In this document: positions 52,039 to 60,710 of the stretch, piece after piece
Layout of the letters: every line of letters starts with the position of its first letter
Position numbering within the stretch: position 1 is the first letter of the stretch
NCBI GenBank assembly: GCA_963743755.1
Contig: CAVUQU010000003.1
Coordinates: 382,408-446,407 of the forward strand
Direction: 5' to 3'
DNA: 64,000 bases
Source: an uncultured bacterium
Lineage (GTDB): Bacteria > Acidobacteriota > Aminicenantia > Aminicenantales > Saccharicenantaceae
Program-made: the position numbers and the translations under genes
Notes under the pieces: generated by a model
Databases searched by the model: none
The model's input: the letters and a program-made list of their open reading frames with translations, nothing else
Told to the model about the DNA's origin: nothing

Positions 52039-53020
52039 GATTGGAGAGGACGATCTTCAGCGTCGCAAGCAACAGGAAGATCGCGTAAAGACACACCGAT
52101 ACGAGCGCCGCCCTCCTCAGGAACGGCGGCAGGATCGCGGCGAGACTCCCCCGCTTCCGATACCGTCCCAATATCCCGACGGCCGCCCCGAGGATGACGC
52201 CCCCGAGCAGAGCCGCATAGAGGGGATACCCGATATACCCGTATTCCTTCTTCAGAATGCAGAACGGGCAGTGGTGGGTCGGCAGCTCGTAGATGAAGGT
52301 CGAGATGAACCCGAAAACGGAAACGGCCGACACGGCGAACGCCGATACGCTCAGGATCGAAAAGAGGCCCCCGCCCTTTCCCTTGATGGAAAAGAAGAGC
52401 CCCGAGCCGATGGCGGCCGCCGACACCGCGTAAAAGGCGAGGCCCAGCGGGATGCGCCAGTCCCACAACGTCCCGAGCGGCAGCGCGCTCGAACCGCTGC
52501 TGAACAGGGTCGCGCAGCACGACGTGATGATGTCGGGGTCGAGCCGCAGGAAGTAGGCCGTCTGCAGGACCGCCTCCGCGACAACGAGCGGTACGAGGCC
52601 GAGGAGGAACCGGTACTTCGGCTTGATCAGGGGGTAGTCTTCCGCACGGCTGTCGACGTGGTTGAGGACGATCCAGACTCCTGCCGCCAGGACGTTGGCC
52701 AGCTTGACGATCAGAGCCGGGTAGCCGAAGGGATTGACGTTGAGCGAGCCGGCCGCGCACATGGCTCCCGCGAAAAGACCGCTGATCCGGCCGGCCGTAT
52801 GGATGAACAGGAAGAAGGACAGGATCTCGAAGCCGAAGACGTAGGCGAGGAGGGTCGAGACGAGATAGGTCTTCCTCTCGAGGGCGATCTGGCCTTCGCT
52901 GCCGCTCTTGATATCCCATCTCCGCAGGATCCCGGCGGCAAACGCGCCGGCGTAGAGCACCATGAATGAGATCAGGACGGAACCCGCGAGCAGGGCCAGG
53001 ATGGCGGGGTCGAGGATCAC
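52019..53020 (-). CDS. Multi-TM membrane protein of unknown function with Cys/His motifs
   Basis: About 8 hydrophobic segments; GAMCAAG, ITSCC, YELPTHHCPFC. Confidence 0.7.
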   Translation of the reverse strand: MILDPAILALLAGSVLISFMVLYAGAFAAGILRRWDIKSGSEGQIALERKTYLVSTLLAYVFGFEILSFFLFIHTAGRISGLFAGAMCAAGSLNVNPFGYPALIVKLANVLAAGVWIVLNHVDSRAEDYPLIKPKYRFLLGLVPLVVAEAVLQTAYFLRLDPDIITSCCATLFSSGSSALPLGTLWDWRIPLGLAFYAVSAAAIGSGLFFSIKGKGGGLFSILSVSAFAVSAVSVFGFISTFIYELPTHHCPFCILKKEYGYIGYPLYAALLGGVILGAAVGILGRYRKRGSLAAILPPFLRRAALVSVCLYAIFLLLATLKIVLSNLKIGGY

Positions 53021-53697
53021 CCGCGCCTCCCTCGATCATCCCGTCCCTGAGGCTCACGACACGGTCGACGACGGGCGACTCCGAGACGAGGGGGTCGTGG
53101 CCCGCGATGAGGATGGTCCGGCCCTGCGCTTTCAGCCGGCCGAGGACGTCCAGAAAGTCGAGCGTGAGCGCGGTGTCGAGATGGGCGGTGGGCTCGTCGG
53201 CGATGATGACCGCGGGATCGTTGATCAGGGCGCGGACGATGGTCAGTCGTTGGGCCTCTCCCCCGGAGAGCCACTCGGCCCTGGCGTGGGCCTTCGGGGA
53301 CAATCCGAACGTCTCGAAGAGCTCGAGCGCCCGTTTTCGGATCGACCGGTGTGCCTCTCCCGTCGGGTAGGCCGGGAGCATGGCGTTCTCGAGGGCCGAC
53401 AGGCCCCGGATGAGGTTCAGCTGCTGGAAGATGAATCCGAAGGTCCGACGGCGGAGATCGGTGAGGAAACGCTCCGGCAGGCTCGTCGTCTCACGCCCCT
53501 GGAGCCAGATCCGTCCCGAGGTCGGCCTGGCCATGCAGCCGATGAGGCCGAGGAGGGTCGTCTTGCCGGAGCCGCTCGGACCGGTCAGGAAGGTCGCCTT
53601 GCCGGCTTCAACCGACAGAGATGATCCCTCTCACGGCCACGAATTCGTTCGGCCGGCCGGCGTTGAACACCTTGCGGACTTGGCCGAGCTCGATCAT
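53017..53697 (-). CDS. ABC transporter ATP-binding protein (LolD-like); frameshifts at both ends, boundaries approximate
   Basis: GPSGSGKTT, LSGGEAQR, IIADEPTAHLD. Confidence 0.85.
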
Positions 53698-53707
53698 CGC
53701 CACGGGC

Positions 53708-54841
53708 CTACCTCATCACCTGGTCGGGATCCACGGTGGCCGCCCTCCAGGTGGGTATCACGGTGGCCACGGTGTACGGGAGAACGGTCAGGAAGAAGAG
53801 AGCGGCCAGTTGGGAGAGATCGATGTACGGGACCAGCCGGAAGGCCGGATAGAGGACCGACCAACCCTTGAGCACGGGTGCGAACAGGACGCCCGAGGTC
53901 AGGAACACATGGACGTAGGCGAGCAGGATGCCTCCGAGGAACGCCGTCAGGGAGACGGCCATCCCCTCCCAGGATTTCATGAGGATCACGTCGGAGGTCT
54001 CCCACCCGACCGCCTTGAGGATGCCGATCTCGCGCCGCGCCTCGGCGCTGAGGCCCGTGGCTTTGTCCCACGAAAAGATGATGAACGCCAGGAGTCCGCC
54101 TCCGAGGATGATCACGAGCAAGCCGCCGCGCCAGTCGAAGACGGCCTGGTAGGTCCTCAGAAGATCGTCCCGGAGGACCTGCCTCGTGTCGGGGAAGATC
54201 TCGGCGGCCTTGAGGGCGATGGTCGGCAATTCCCGGGCGTTCCGGACGCGAAGCACGATGTCCGTCGCCAATCCGGCCGGAGTCCCGAACAGGCGGCGGA
54301 AGTCCGCCTCCGTGACCAGGACGAGATCCGAGGAGACGAGGGCGGACCCACGGGACAGGATCTCCCCGACCTCGAGCTCGAGAAGGCTCCCGTCGTGGGC
54401 CTTGAACTCGATGCTGTCCCCGACGGAGGCGAGCCGCATCCGGGCGACGCCTTCGCCGACCGCGATCCTCCCCGGGTCGAGCCCCGCCTCGCCGGAAGCG
54501 ACCAGGGTGAAATTGGCCCCGGTGACGGGATCGTAATAATAGCCCCAGAGACGCGGCCGCGCCTCCTGGACACCCGGAAGCCCGCCGAGCTTGGCGGCGG
54601 CGTCAACGGCGATGAGATCGTGCCGTCCGGCGGAGATCTTCTGGACGATCATCTCGGGCGATCCGGCGAGTATGGCCGCGGCTTCCCTCTTCAGGGCGTG
54701 GCTCATGAACATGACCGACGCCAAAAGGAAGACGACCAGGGTGTAGGCCGCGAACAGGGCGGTATTCTTCCGCTTCCTCCTCAGAAGGGATGAAAGCGTC
54801 AGATCAAGGATGTTTCTCTGACGTTCGATCCATCGGCTCAT
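53708..54841 (-). CDS. FtsX/LolE-like ABC transporter permease
   Basis: N-terminal TM, periplasmic loop, RREIGILKAVGW, C-terminal PTWRAATVDP. Confidence 0.85.
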   Translation of the reverse strand: MSRWIERQRNILDLTLSSLLRRKRKNTALFAAYTLVVFLLASVMFMSHALKREAAAILAGSPEMIVQKISAGRHDLIAVDAAAKLGGLPGVQEARPRLWGYYYDPVTGANFTLVASGEAGLDPGRIAVGEGVARMRLASVGDSIEFKAHDGSLLELEVGEILSRGSALVSSDLVLVTEADFRRLFGTPAGLATDIVLRVRNARELPTIALKAAEIFPDTRQVLRDDLLRTYQAVFDWRGGLLVIILGGGLLAFIIFSWDKATGLSAEARREIGILKAVGWETSDVILMKSWEGMAVSLTAFLGGILLAYVHVFLTSGVLFAPVLKGWSVLYPAFRLVPYIDLSQLAALFFLTVLPYTVATVIPTWRAATVDPDQVMR

Positions 54842-55133
54842 GGGGCTTCCTGAGGTGCGCCGGGGCCGTGATCAGGGACCCGGAGGGGAAATGGTCGAGG
54901 GCCAGCGGGCCGTCGAGAAAAGGCGTGTGGAGATCCGCCTGCGTGGGGTGGCGGGTGTAATTGGCTTCGGTGAAGAGGCAGAGGTCGGTCAGGCCGAAGC
55001 GGGCGGCGAGCGCGGTCATCTCCCGCATTTCCCCCGCCAGGCGCGCCCGGCGGTGCGAGGCATGGACGAACATCAGGCCGGCGAGAAGGACGTTGAGGGC
55101 GAGGGAAAACAGGAAAACGGATGATCTTCTCAC
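54804..55133 (-). CDS. Small hypothetical membrane-anchored protein
   Basis: GTG start overlapping the nosL stop; TM then LTDLCLFTEANYTRHPTQADLHTPFLDGPLALDHFPSGS. Confidence 0.6.
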   Translation of the reverse strand: MRRSSVFLFSLALNVLLAGLMFVHASHRRARLAGEMREMTALAARFGLTDLCLFTEANYTRHPTQADLHTPFLDGPLALDHFPSGSLITAPAHLRKPHEPMDRTSEKHP

Positions 55134-55639
55134 GGCCGCTGATCGATGTCCCTGATGGTCTCGGCGGTGATGTCGGAGAACCGGAGCACCGAACGGCCCT
55201 TGTGGTCTTTGAGGAAGGTCGACGCTTCCCGTTCCGTGGACAGCGGGATGAGCTCGCGGCCCATCGGGCCGACGACGTCGCTTCCAATGACGTAGAACGC
55301 CCTGCGGCCGTCGACCAGGGTCAGGCTGTAATAATCGGTGACGTAGATCGCCGCGATGTCGGCGACGGACCTCGACGGCACGTAGGCCGCCATGTCGAAA
55401 TAGAAACGGAACATGTCTTTGGCGCCGTCGAAGAAGGCACAAGCCCCGTCCTTGAAGATGATCTCGGCCAGGAAATCCATGTGCTCGGCCACGAACATGC
55501 CGCAGACCGGGCACTTGTTCTCGGGAGCGGGTTTTAGCGGCCGGGGCTCCGGGGCGGTTTGGGTGGAGGCCGAAGAAGCCAGGGCGACGATAAGCAGGAC
55601 CGGGAGCCAGGCGGCCGTCATTCCGCGTCTCGCGCTCAT
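55130..55639 (-). CDS. nosL: NosL family metal (Cu)-binding exported protein
   Basis: CPVCGMFV, FFDGAKDM, YVTDYY, YVIGSDVVGPMGRELIP, FLKDHKG. Confidence 0.85.
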   Translation of the reverse strand: MSARRGMTAAWLPVLLIVALASSASTQTAPEPRPLKPAPENKCPVCGMFVAEHMDFLAEIIFKDGACAFFDGAKDMFRFYFDMAAYVPSRSVADIAAIYVTDYYSLTLVDGRRAFYVIGSDVVGPMGRELIPLSTEREASTFLKDHKGRSVLRFSDITAETIRDIDQRP

Positions 55640-55755
55640 CGGGGCATCCTCCCTGATAACGTTTGAAAAGGGACTTCATGCTACCCGAAACGCCGGCGAT
55701 TTTCAACGCCATCTTGAAATCCCGGCCCGGGCGGTCTAAGATGGTGCCTGGATAA

Positions 55756-56154
55756 ATGATTCTAAATAAACGGACTTCAGCTCTGGCCCTCTCGTTGGCC
55801 CTGATCTCCTCCTTGGCGGCGGCCCGGGACCTGGAACTGCGGAAGACCGCCGGAGATTATACGGTGCTCGTCCGGATCGACAGGAACCCCCCCGTCATCG
55901 GCACCAATCGGATCGAGGTCGAGATCGAGGACGCGGCCGGCGCCCGGGTTACGGACGCCAAGGTTCTCATCAACTATTATATGCCGCCCATGCCCCGGAT
56001 GGCGCCCATGAACTACAAGGTCGAGGCCGTGTTGAAGGACAGAAAATACCGTGAGAAGATGAAGCTCATCATGGCCGGTCCCTGGATCATCGCCGTCAAG
56101 ATCACGCGGGCCGGGAAAACGACGACGGCCAAGTTCCCGATCGACGCCCGGTGA
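55756..56154 (+). CDS. FixH/YtkA-like exported protein, Met-rich
   Basis: Signal peptide; NPPVIGTN, YYMPPMPRMAPM, MAGPW. Confidence 0.75.
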   Translation: MILNKRTSALALSLALISSLAAARDLELRKTAGDYTVLVRIDRNPPVIGTNRIEVEIEDAAGARVTDAKVLINYYMPPMPRMAPMNYKVEAVLKDRKYREKMKLIMAGPWIIAVKITRAGKTTTAKFPIDAR

Positions 56155-56177
56155 CAGCGGAATTGAGAGGAGCGGAC

Positions 56178-57410
56178 ATGAAAAAATCCAGGCTTTTTGT
56201 CCTGCCCGTCATCCTGATCCTTCTCGCCGCTGCGTTCTATTTCGGCCTCCGGGTCGGAGGGCGCTCGGGACCCGCGCCGACGGCCGGAGACGCCCCGGCC
56301 GGACCGGGGCGGACCCAGGACTCCGTCGGGGAATCCGCGGACATCTCTCCGTCGGCGGTCCATCTCACTCCGGAAAAGCAAAGGCTGATCGGCGTGCGCG
56401 TGGGCGCCGTCGAGAAGAAGCCCTTCGTCCACACCCTCCGCGTCTTCGGACGGGTCGCCGCCGACGAAACGAAGGTGTATCGGCTCACCGCTTCGGTCGA
56501 CGGCTGGATCAAGGATTCCTTCGGCTATCCGGTAGGCTCGCAGGTCCGGAAGGGCGCCGTGCTGGCCACCTTCTACAGCCAACTGTTCCTCGACGCCCAA
56601 CAGGCCTACATCTATGCGTTGGACGCCGGAGAACGGCTCCAGACCGGCCAGCGCATCGAACTGAGCCGGAGCGACATCCCGCAACAGGCCGCGCTCGACA
56701 AGCGGACGATCCAGCGGCAGATCGACGAGCTCCGCGGCTTGGGTATGGACGACAGCCAGATCGAGGAGATCGGCCGGACGCGGAGCCTCACCCAGAGCGT
56801 CCGGATCGTGGCTCCGGCCGGAGGATTCGTCCTGGTCCGCGACGTCTCGCCGGGCCAGAGGTTCGCCCGCGGGGACGAGCTCTTCCGCATCGCCGACCTG
56901 AGCCGCGTCTGGATCCTGGCCGACGTGTTCGAGAACGAGGCCCTCTACTTCAAGCCCGGAGTGGAAGCGACGGTCCGTCTCCCCTACCGCGCGAAAGCCT
57001 ACCGCGCCGTCACGAGCCGGGCCCTCCCGGTCTTCGACGCCGGGACCCGGACCCTCAAGGTCAGGCTCGAGACCCCGAATCCCGACTTCGCCCTCCGGCC
57101 GGACATGTTCGCCGACGTCGAGCTCCCCCTGACCCTCGATCCGGCCCTGACCCTGCCCGCCGACGCGGTGATCCGGTCGGGCCGCCGGACGACCGTGTTC
57201 GTCGAGCGGGGAGAGGGCGTCTTCGAACCGCGCGCCGTCGAGACGGGCTGGCGCCTGGGGGGCCGGGTGGAGATCGTCTCCGGTCTCTCCGAGGGCGAAA
57301 AGGTCGCCCTGTCCGGAGTTTTCCTCCTGGACTCCGAGAGCCGGCTCCAGTCCATCGCGCAGGGAGTCGCCAACGAGCCCGACCGGGAGCCAGCCCCCGA
57401 TCATGATTAA
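56178..57410 (+). CDS. cusB: RND efflux membrane-fusion protein (CusB-like)
   Basis: TM anchor; DGWIK, IADLSRVWILADVFE, TRTLKVR, LRPDMF, FLLDSESRL. Confidence 0.88.
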   Translation: MKKSRLFVLPVILILLAAAFYFGLRVGGRSGPAPTAGDAPAGPGRTQDSVGESADISPSAVHLTPEKQRLIGVRVGAVEKKPFVHTLRVFGRVAADETKVYRLTASVDGWIKDSFGYPVGSQVRKGAVLATFYSQLFLDAQQAYIYALDAGERLQTGQRIELSRSDIPQQAALDKRTIQRQIDELRGLGMDDSQIEEIGRTRSLTQSVRIVAPAGGFVLVRDVSPGQRFARGDELFRIADLSRVWILADVFENEALYFKPGVEATVRLPYRAKAYRAVTSRALPVFDAGTRTLKVRLETPNPDFALRPDMFADVELPLTLDPALTLPADAVIRSGRRTTVFVERGEGVFEPRAVETGWRLGGRVEIVSGLSEGEKVALSGVFLLDSESRLQSIAQGVANEPDREPAPDHD

Positions 57411-60400
57411 CCGCATCATCGATTTCTCGGTCAAGAACCGGCTGCTCGTCTTCGCCGTCGTCGCCGCCGCCGTCATCGCCGGCTGGTGGTCGATGAACCG
57501 GGTCCCCCTCGATGCTCTTCCGGACCTCAGCGACACCCAGGTCATCATCTATTCCCGCTGGGACCGCAGCCCGGACCTCATCGAGGACCAGGTGACCTAT
57601 CCCATCGTCACGGCCATGCTCGGAGCGCCCGGCGTCTCGACGGTTCGGGGGTTCTCCGATTTCGGCTATTCTTTCGTCTACGTCATATTCGAGGACGGGA
57701 CCGATATCTACTGGGCCCGATCCCGGACCCTCGAGTACCTGTCCGGGGTCAGTCCGCGGTTGCCCGCCGGGGTCGAGACGGAACTCGGCCCGGACGCGAC
57801 CGGCCTCGGGTGGATCTACCAGTACGCCCTCGTCGACCCGTCCGGCCGGCACGGCCTCGATGAGCTCAGGTCGTACCAGGACTGGTATCTCCGCTACTAC
57901 CTCAAGGCCGTGCCCGGAGTGGCCGAAGTCGCCCCGGTCGGCGGCTTCGAACGGCAGTATCAGATCAACCTCGATCCGAACCGCCTCCAGGCTTACGGCA
58001 TCTCCATCCGCCGCGTCGTCGAGGCCGTCCGGGGCGGGAACGCCGAGTCCGGCGCCCGGCTGATCGAATTCGGCGGGGCGGAGCACATGGTCCGGGGGCG
58101 GGGCTACGCCCGGTCTCTCGAGGACTTCGCCAACGTCGTCGTCGGAACGAGCGACAGCGGCTCGCCCATACGGGTCCGGGATGTCGGCGAGGTCGCCTTC
58201 GGGCCGGACATCCGGCGCGGCGTGACGGACCTCGACGGCCTGGGCGAAGCCGTCTCCGGGATCGTCGTCATGCGCCAGGGGCAGAACGCCCTCGACGTCA
58301 TCAACCGGGTGAAAGCCCGGATCGAAGAGCTCAAGCCGGGCATGCCGGAAGGCGTCGAGGTCGTGGCCGTTTACGACCGGTCCGAGCTCATCGTCCGCTC
58401 CATCGACACCCTGGAGTCCACCCTCTTGGGCGTCATCGTCACCGTTATCCTGATCATCATGCTCTTTCTCTGGCACTTGCCGAGCGCCCTCATTCCGGTC
58501 GTCACCATTCCCGTCGCCGTGCTGATCTCCTTCATCCCCTTCCGCATGCTCGGGCTGACCGCCAACATCATGTCCCTCGGCGGGATCGCCATCGCCATCG
58601 GGACGCTGGTCGACGCCTCGATCGTCGTCGTCGAACAGACCCACAAGAAGCTCGAGGAGTGGGACCGTGACGGACGCCGGGAGGATTACCGGGGGGTCAT
58701 CGTCCGGGCCATCAAGGAGGTCGGCGCGCCGAGCTTCTTCGCCCTCCTCGTCACGGCGGCGGCCTTCCTGCCGGTGTTGACCCTCGAGGCCGAGGAGGGG
58801 CGGCTCTTCCGTCCCCTGGCCTACACCAAAACCCTGACCATCGTCGTGGCCGCCTTCCTGGCCATCACGTTCGATCCGGCCCTGCGGATGGCCGTGACCC
58901 ATTTCAGGAATTTCCATTTCAGGCCGCGGTGGCTGGCCCGAACGGCGAACGCCGTGCTCGTCGGAAAGATCCGGCCTGAGGAAAAGCACCCCATCAGCCG
59001 TTTCCTCATCCGGCTTTACGAGCCGGCGGCCCGGTGGACCTTGCGCCGGCCGAAGGCGGTCATCGCCGCGGCGATCCTGCTCGTCCTGGTCACCGTGCCC
59101 GTCTACTTCAAGCTCGGCTCGGAGCTCATGCCGCCCCTCGACGAGGGCTCGCTCTTCTACATGCCGACGACCATGCCCGGCATTGCCATCGAGGAATCCC
59201 GGAAGATCCTCCAGATCACGGACCGCATCATCAAGGGATTCCCCGAGGTCGAGCGCGTTTTCGGCAAGGCCGGGCGGGCCGAGACATCGACCGACCCCGC
59301 GCCCCTGTCCATGCTCGAGACGGTCGTCACGCTCAAGCCGAAGTCGGAATGGCGGAAACGCCCCACCTGGTATTCGTCCTGGTCCCCGCGTTGGCTGAAG
59401 TCCGCCCTGCGGCACATCACCCCGGACAATATCTCCCGTGACGATCTGGTCGGCCTCATGAACGATGCCCTTCAGGTGCCCGGCCTGAGCAACGCCTGGA
59501 CCCAGCCGATCAAGGGCCGCATCGACATGCTGACGACGGGCATCCGTACTCCGGTCGGTCTCAAGGTCCAGGGGGCCGATCTGGCCGTGATCGAGGAGAT
59601 CGGCCTGCAGATCGAAAGCCTCCTCGCGCCAGTCGAGGGGACGAGGGGCGTTTTCGCCGAGCGGACGGGGGGAGGCTATTTCATCGATGTCGAGTGGAAG
59701 CGCGAGGAACTGGCCCGTTACGGCCTTCTCGTCGCCGAAGCACAGGAAGTCCTGGCCGCGGCCCTCGGCGGCGAGAATGTCGGGGTGACGGTCGAAGGCC
59801 GGGCGCGCTACCCCGTCAACGTCCGCTACATGCGCGACTTCCGGAGCGACCTCGAGGCCGTCGGAAGGATCCTCGTCCCGGTCGGCGACGGCGGACGCCA
59901 GATCCCGCTTGCGGAGCTCGCGGCCGTGCGTCAGACGACCGGCCCCGCCATGATCCGCGACGAGGACGGCCTTCTGACCGGATATGTCTATGTCGACGTC
60001 GCCGGCCGCGATCCCAGGAGTTTCATCCGCGACGCGGACCGGGTCATCAAAGAGAAGGTCGCCCTGCCGACGGGCTACGCCGTTCGCTGGAGCGGCCAGT
60101 TCGAGGCCATGTCCAGGGTCCGGGAGAGGTTGAAGCTGATCATTCCGATCACGCTCTTCCTCATCCTCGTCCTGCTCTATCTGAACACCCGGTCCGTCGT
60201 CAAGACGTCGATCGTCCTCCTGGCCGTGCCCTTTTCAGCGGTGGGCGCCCTTTGGCTGCTCTACTTTCTCGGCTACAATCTGAGCGTCGGCGTCTGGGTG
60301 GGGCTCATCGCGCTGCTGGGGATCGACGCGGAGACCGGCGTCTTCATGCTTCTCTATCTCGACCTGGCCCACGACAAGGCGAAGCGGGCGGGACGTCTGC

Positions 60401-60696
60401 GGAATCTGGCCGACCTGCAGGAGGTCATCATCGAGGGCGCCGTCCACAGGTTGCGGCCGAAGTTCATGACCGTCTGTACCGAAGCGATAGGCCTCCTGCC
60501 CATCATGTGGGCGACGGGGACGGGTGCGGACGTCATGAAACGGATCGCCGCCCCCATCATCGGGGGGGTCTATACCTCGTTCCTCCTGGAGCTCCTGGTC
60601 TACCCGGCGATCTACCAGGTCTGGCGGTGGGATTTCGGGCTGAAAAAGACGATCGCCCTCCCGGCCCAGAATGCCGCCGTCCCCTCCCCTGACTGA
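57403..60696 (+). CDS. cusA: Heavy-metal RND efflux pump, CusA type (Cu+/Ag+)
   Basis: LDALPDLSDTQVII, GPDATGLGWIYQY, Met-triad equivalents YMPTT / APLSMLET / RIDMLTTG, GADVMKRIAAP. Confidence 0.95.
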   Translation: MINRIIDFSVKNRLLVFAVVAAAVIAGWWSMNRVPLDALPDLSDTQVIIYSRWDRSPDLIEDQVTYPIVTAMLGAPGVSTVRGFSDFGYSFVYVIFEDGTDIYWARSRTLEYLSGVSPRLPAGVETELGPDATGLGWIYQYALVDPSGRHGLDELRSYQDWYLRYYLKAVPGVAEVAPVGGFERQYQINLDPNRLQAYGISIRRVVEAVRGGNAESGARLIEFGGAEHMVRGRGYARSLEDFANVVVGTSDSGSPIRVRDVGEVAFGPDIRRGVTDLDGLGEAVSGIVVMRQGQNALDVINRVKARIEELKPGMPEGVEVVAVYDRSELIVRSIDTLESTLLGVIVTVILIIMLFLWHLPSALIPVVTIPVAVLISFIPFRMLGLTANIMSLGGIAIAIGTLVDASIVVVEQTHKKLEEWDRDGRREDYRGVIVRAIKEVGAPSFFALLVTAAAFLPVLTLEAEEGRLFRPLAYTKTLTIVVAAFLAITFDPALRMAVTHFRNFHFRPRWLARTANAVLVGKIRPEEKHPISRFLIRLYEPAARWTLRRPKAVIAAAILLVLVTVPVYFKLGSELMPPLDEGSLFYMPTTMPGIAIEESRKILQITDRIIKGFPEVERVFGKAGRAETSTDPAPLSMLETVVTLKPKSEWRKRPTWYSSWSPRWLKSALRHITPDNISRDDLVGLMNDALQVPGLSNAWTQPIKGRIDMLTTGIRTPVGLKVQGADLAVIEEIGLQIESLLAPVEGTRGVFAERTGGGYFIDVEWKREELARYGLLVAEAQEVLAAALGGENVGVTVEGRARYPVNVRYMRDFRSDLEAVGRILVPVGDGGRQIPLAELAAVRQTTGPAMIRDEDGLLTGYVYVDVAGRDPRSFIRDADRVIKEKVALPTGYAVRWSGQFEAMSRVRERLKLIIPITLFLILVLLYLNTRSVVKTSIVLLAVPFSAVGALWLLYFLGYNLSVGVWVGLIALLGIDAETGVFMLLYLDLAHDKAKRAGRLRNLADLQEVIIEGAVHRLRPKFMTVCTEAIGLLPIMWATGTGADVMKRIAAPIIGGVYTSFLLELLVYPAIYQVWRWDFGLKKTIALPAQNAAVPSPD

Positions 60697-60710
60697 ACCT
60701 TCCCCGCAAT

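Noticed and set aside
52019-55639. Nitrous oxide reductase (nos) cluster
   Set aside because: Only NosL is recognisable; nosZ, nosD, nosF and nosY are absent from the window
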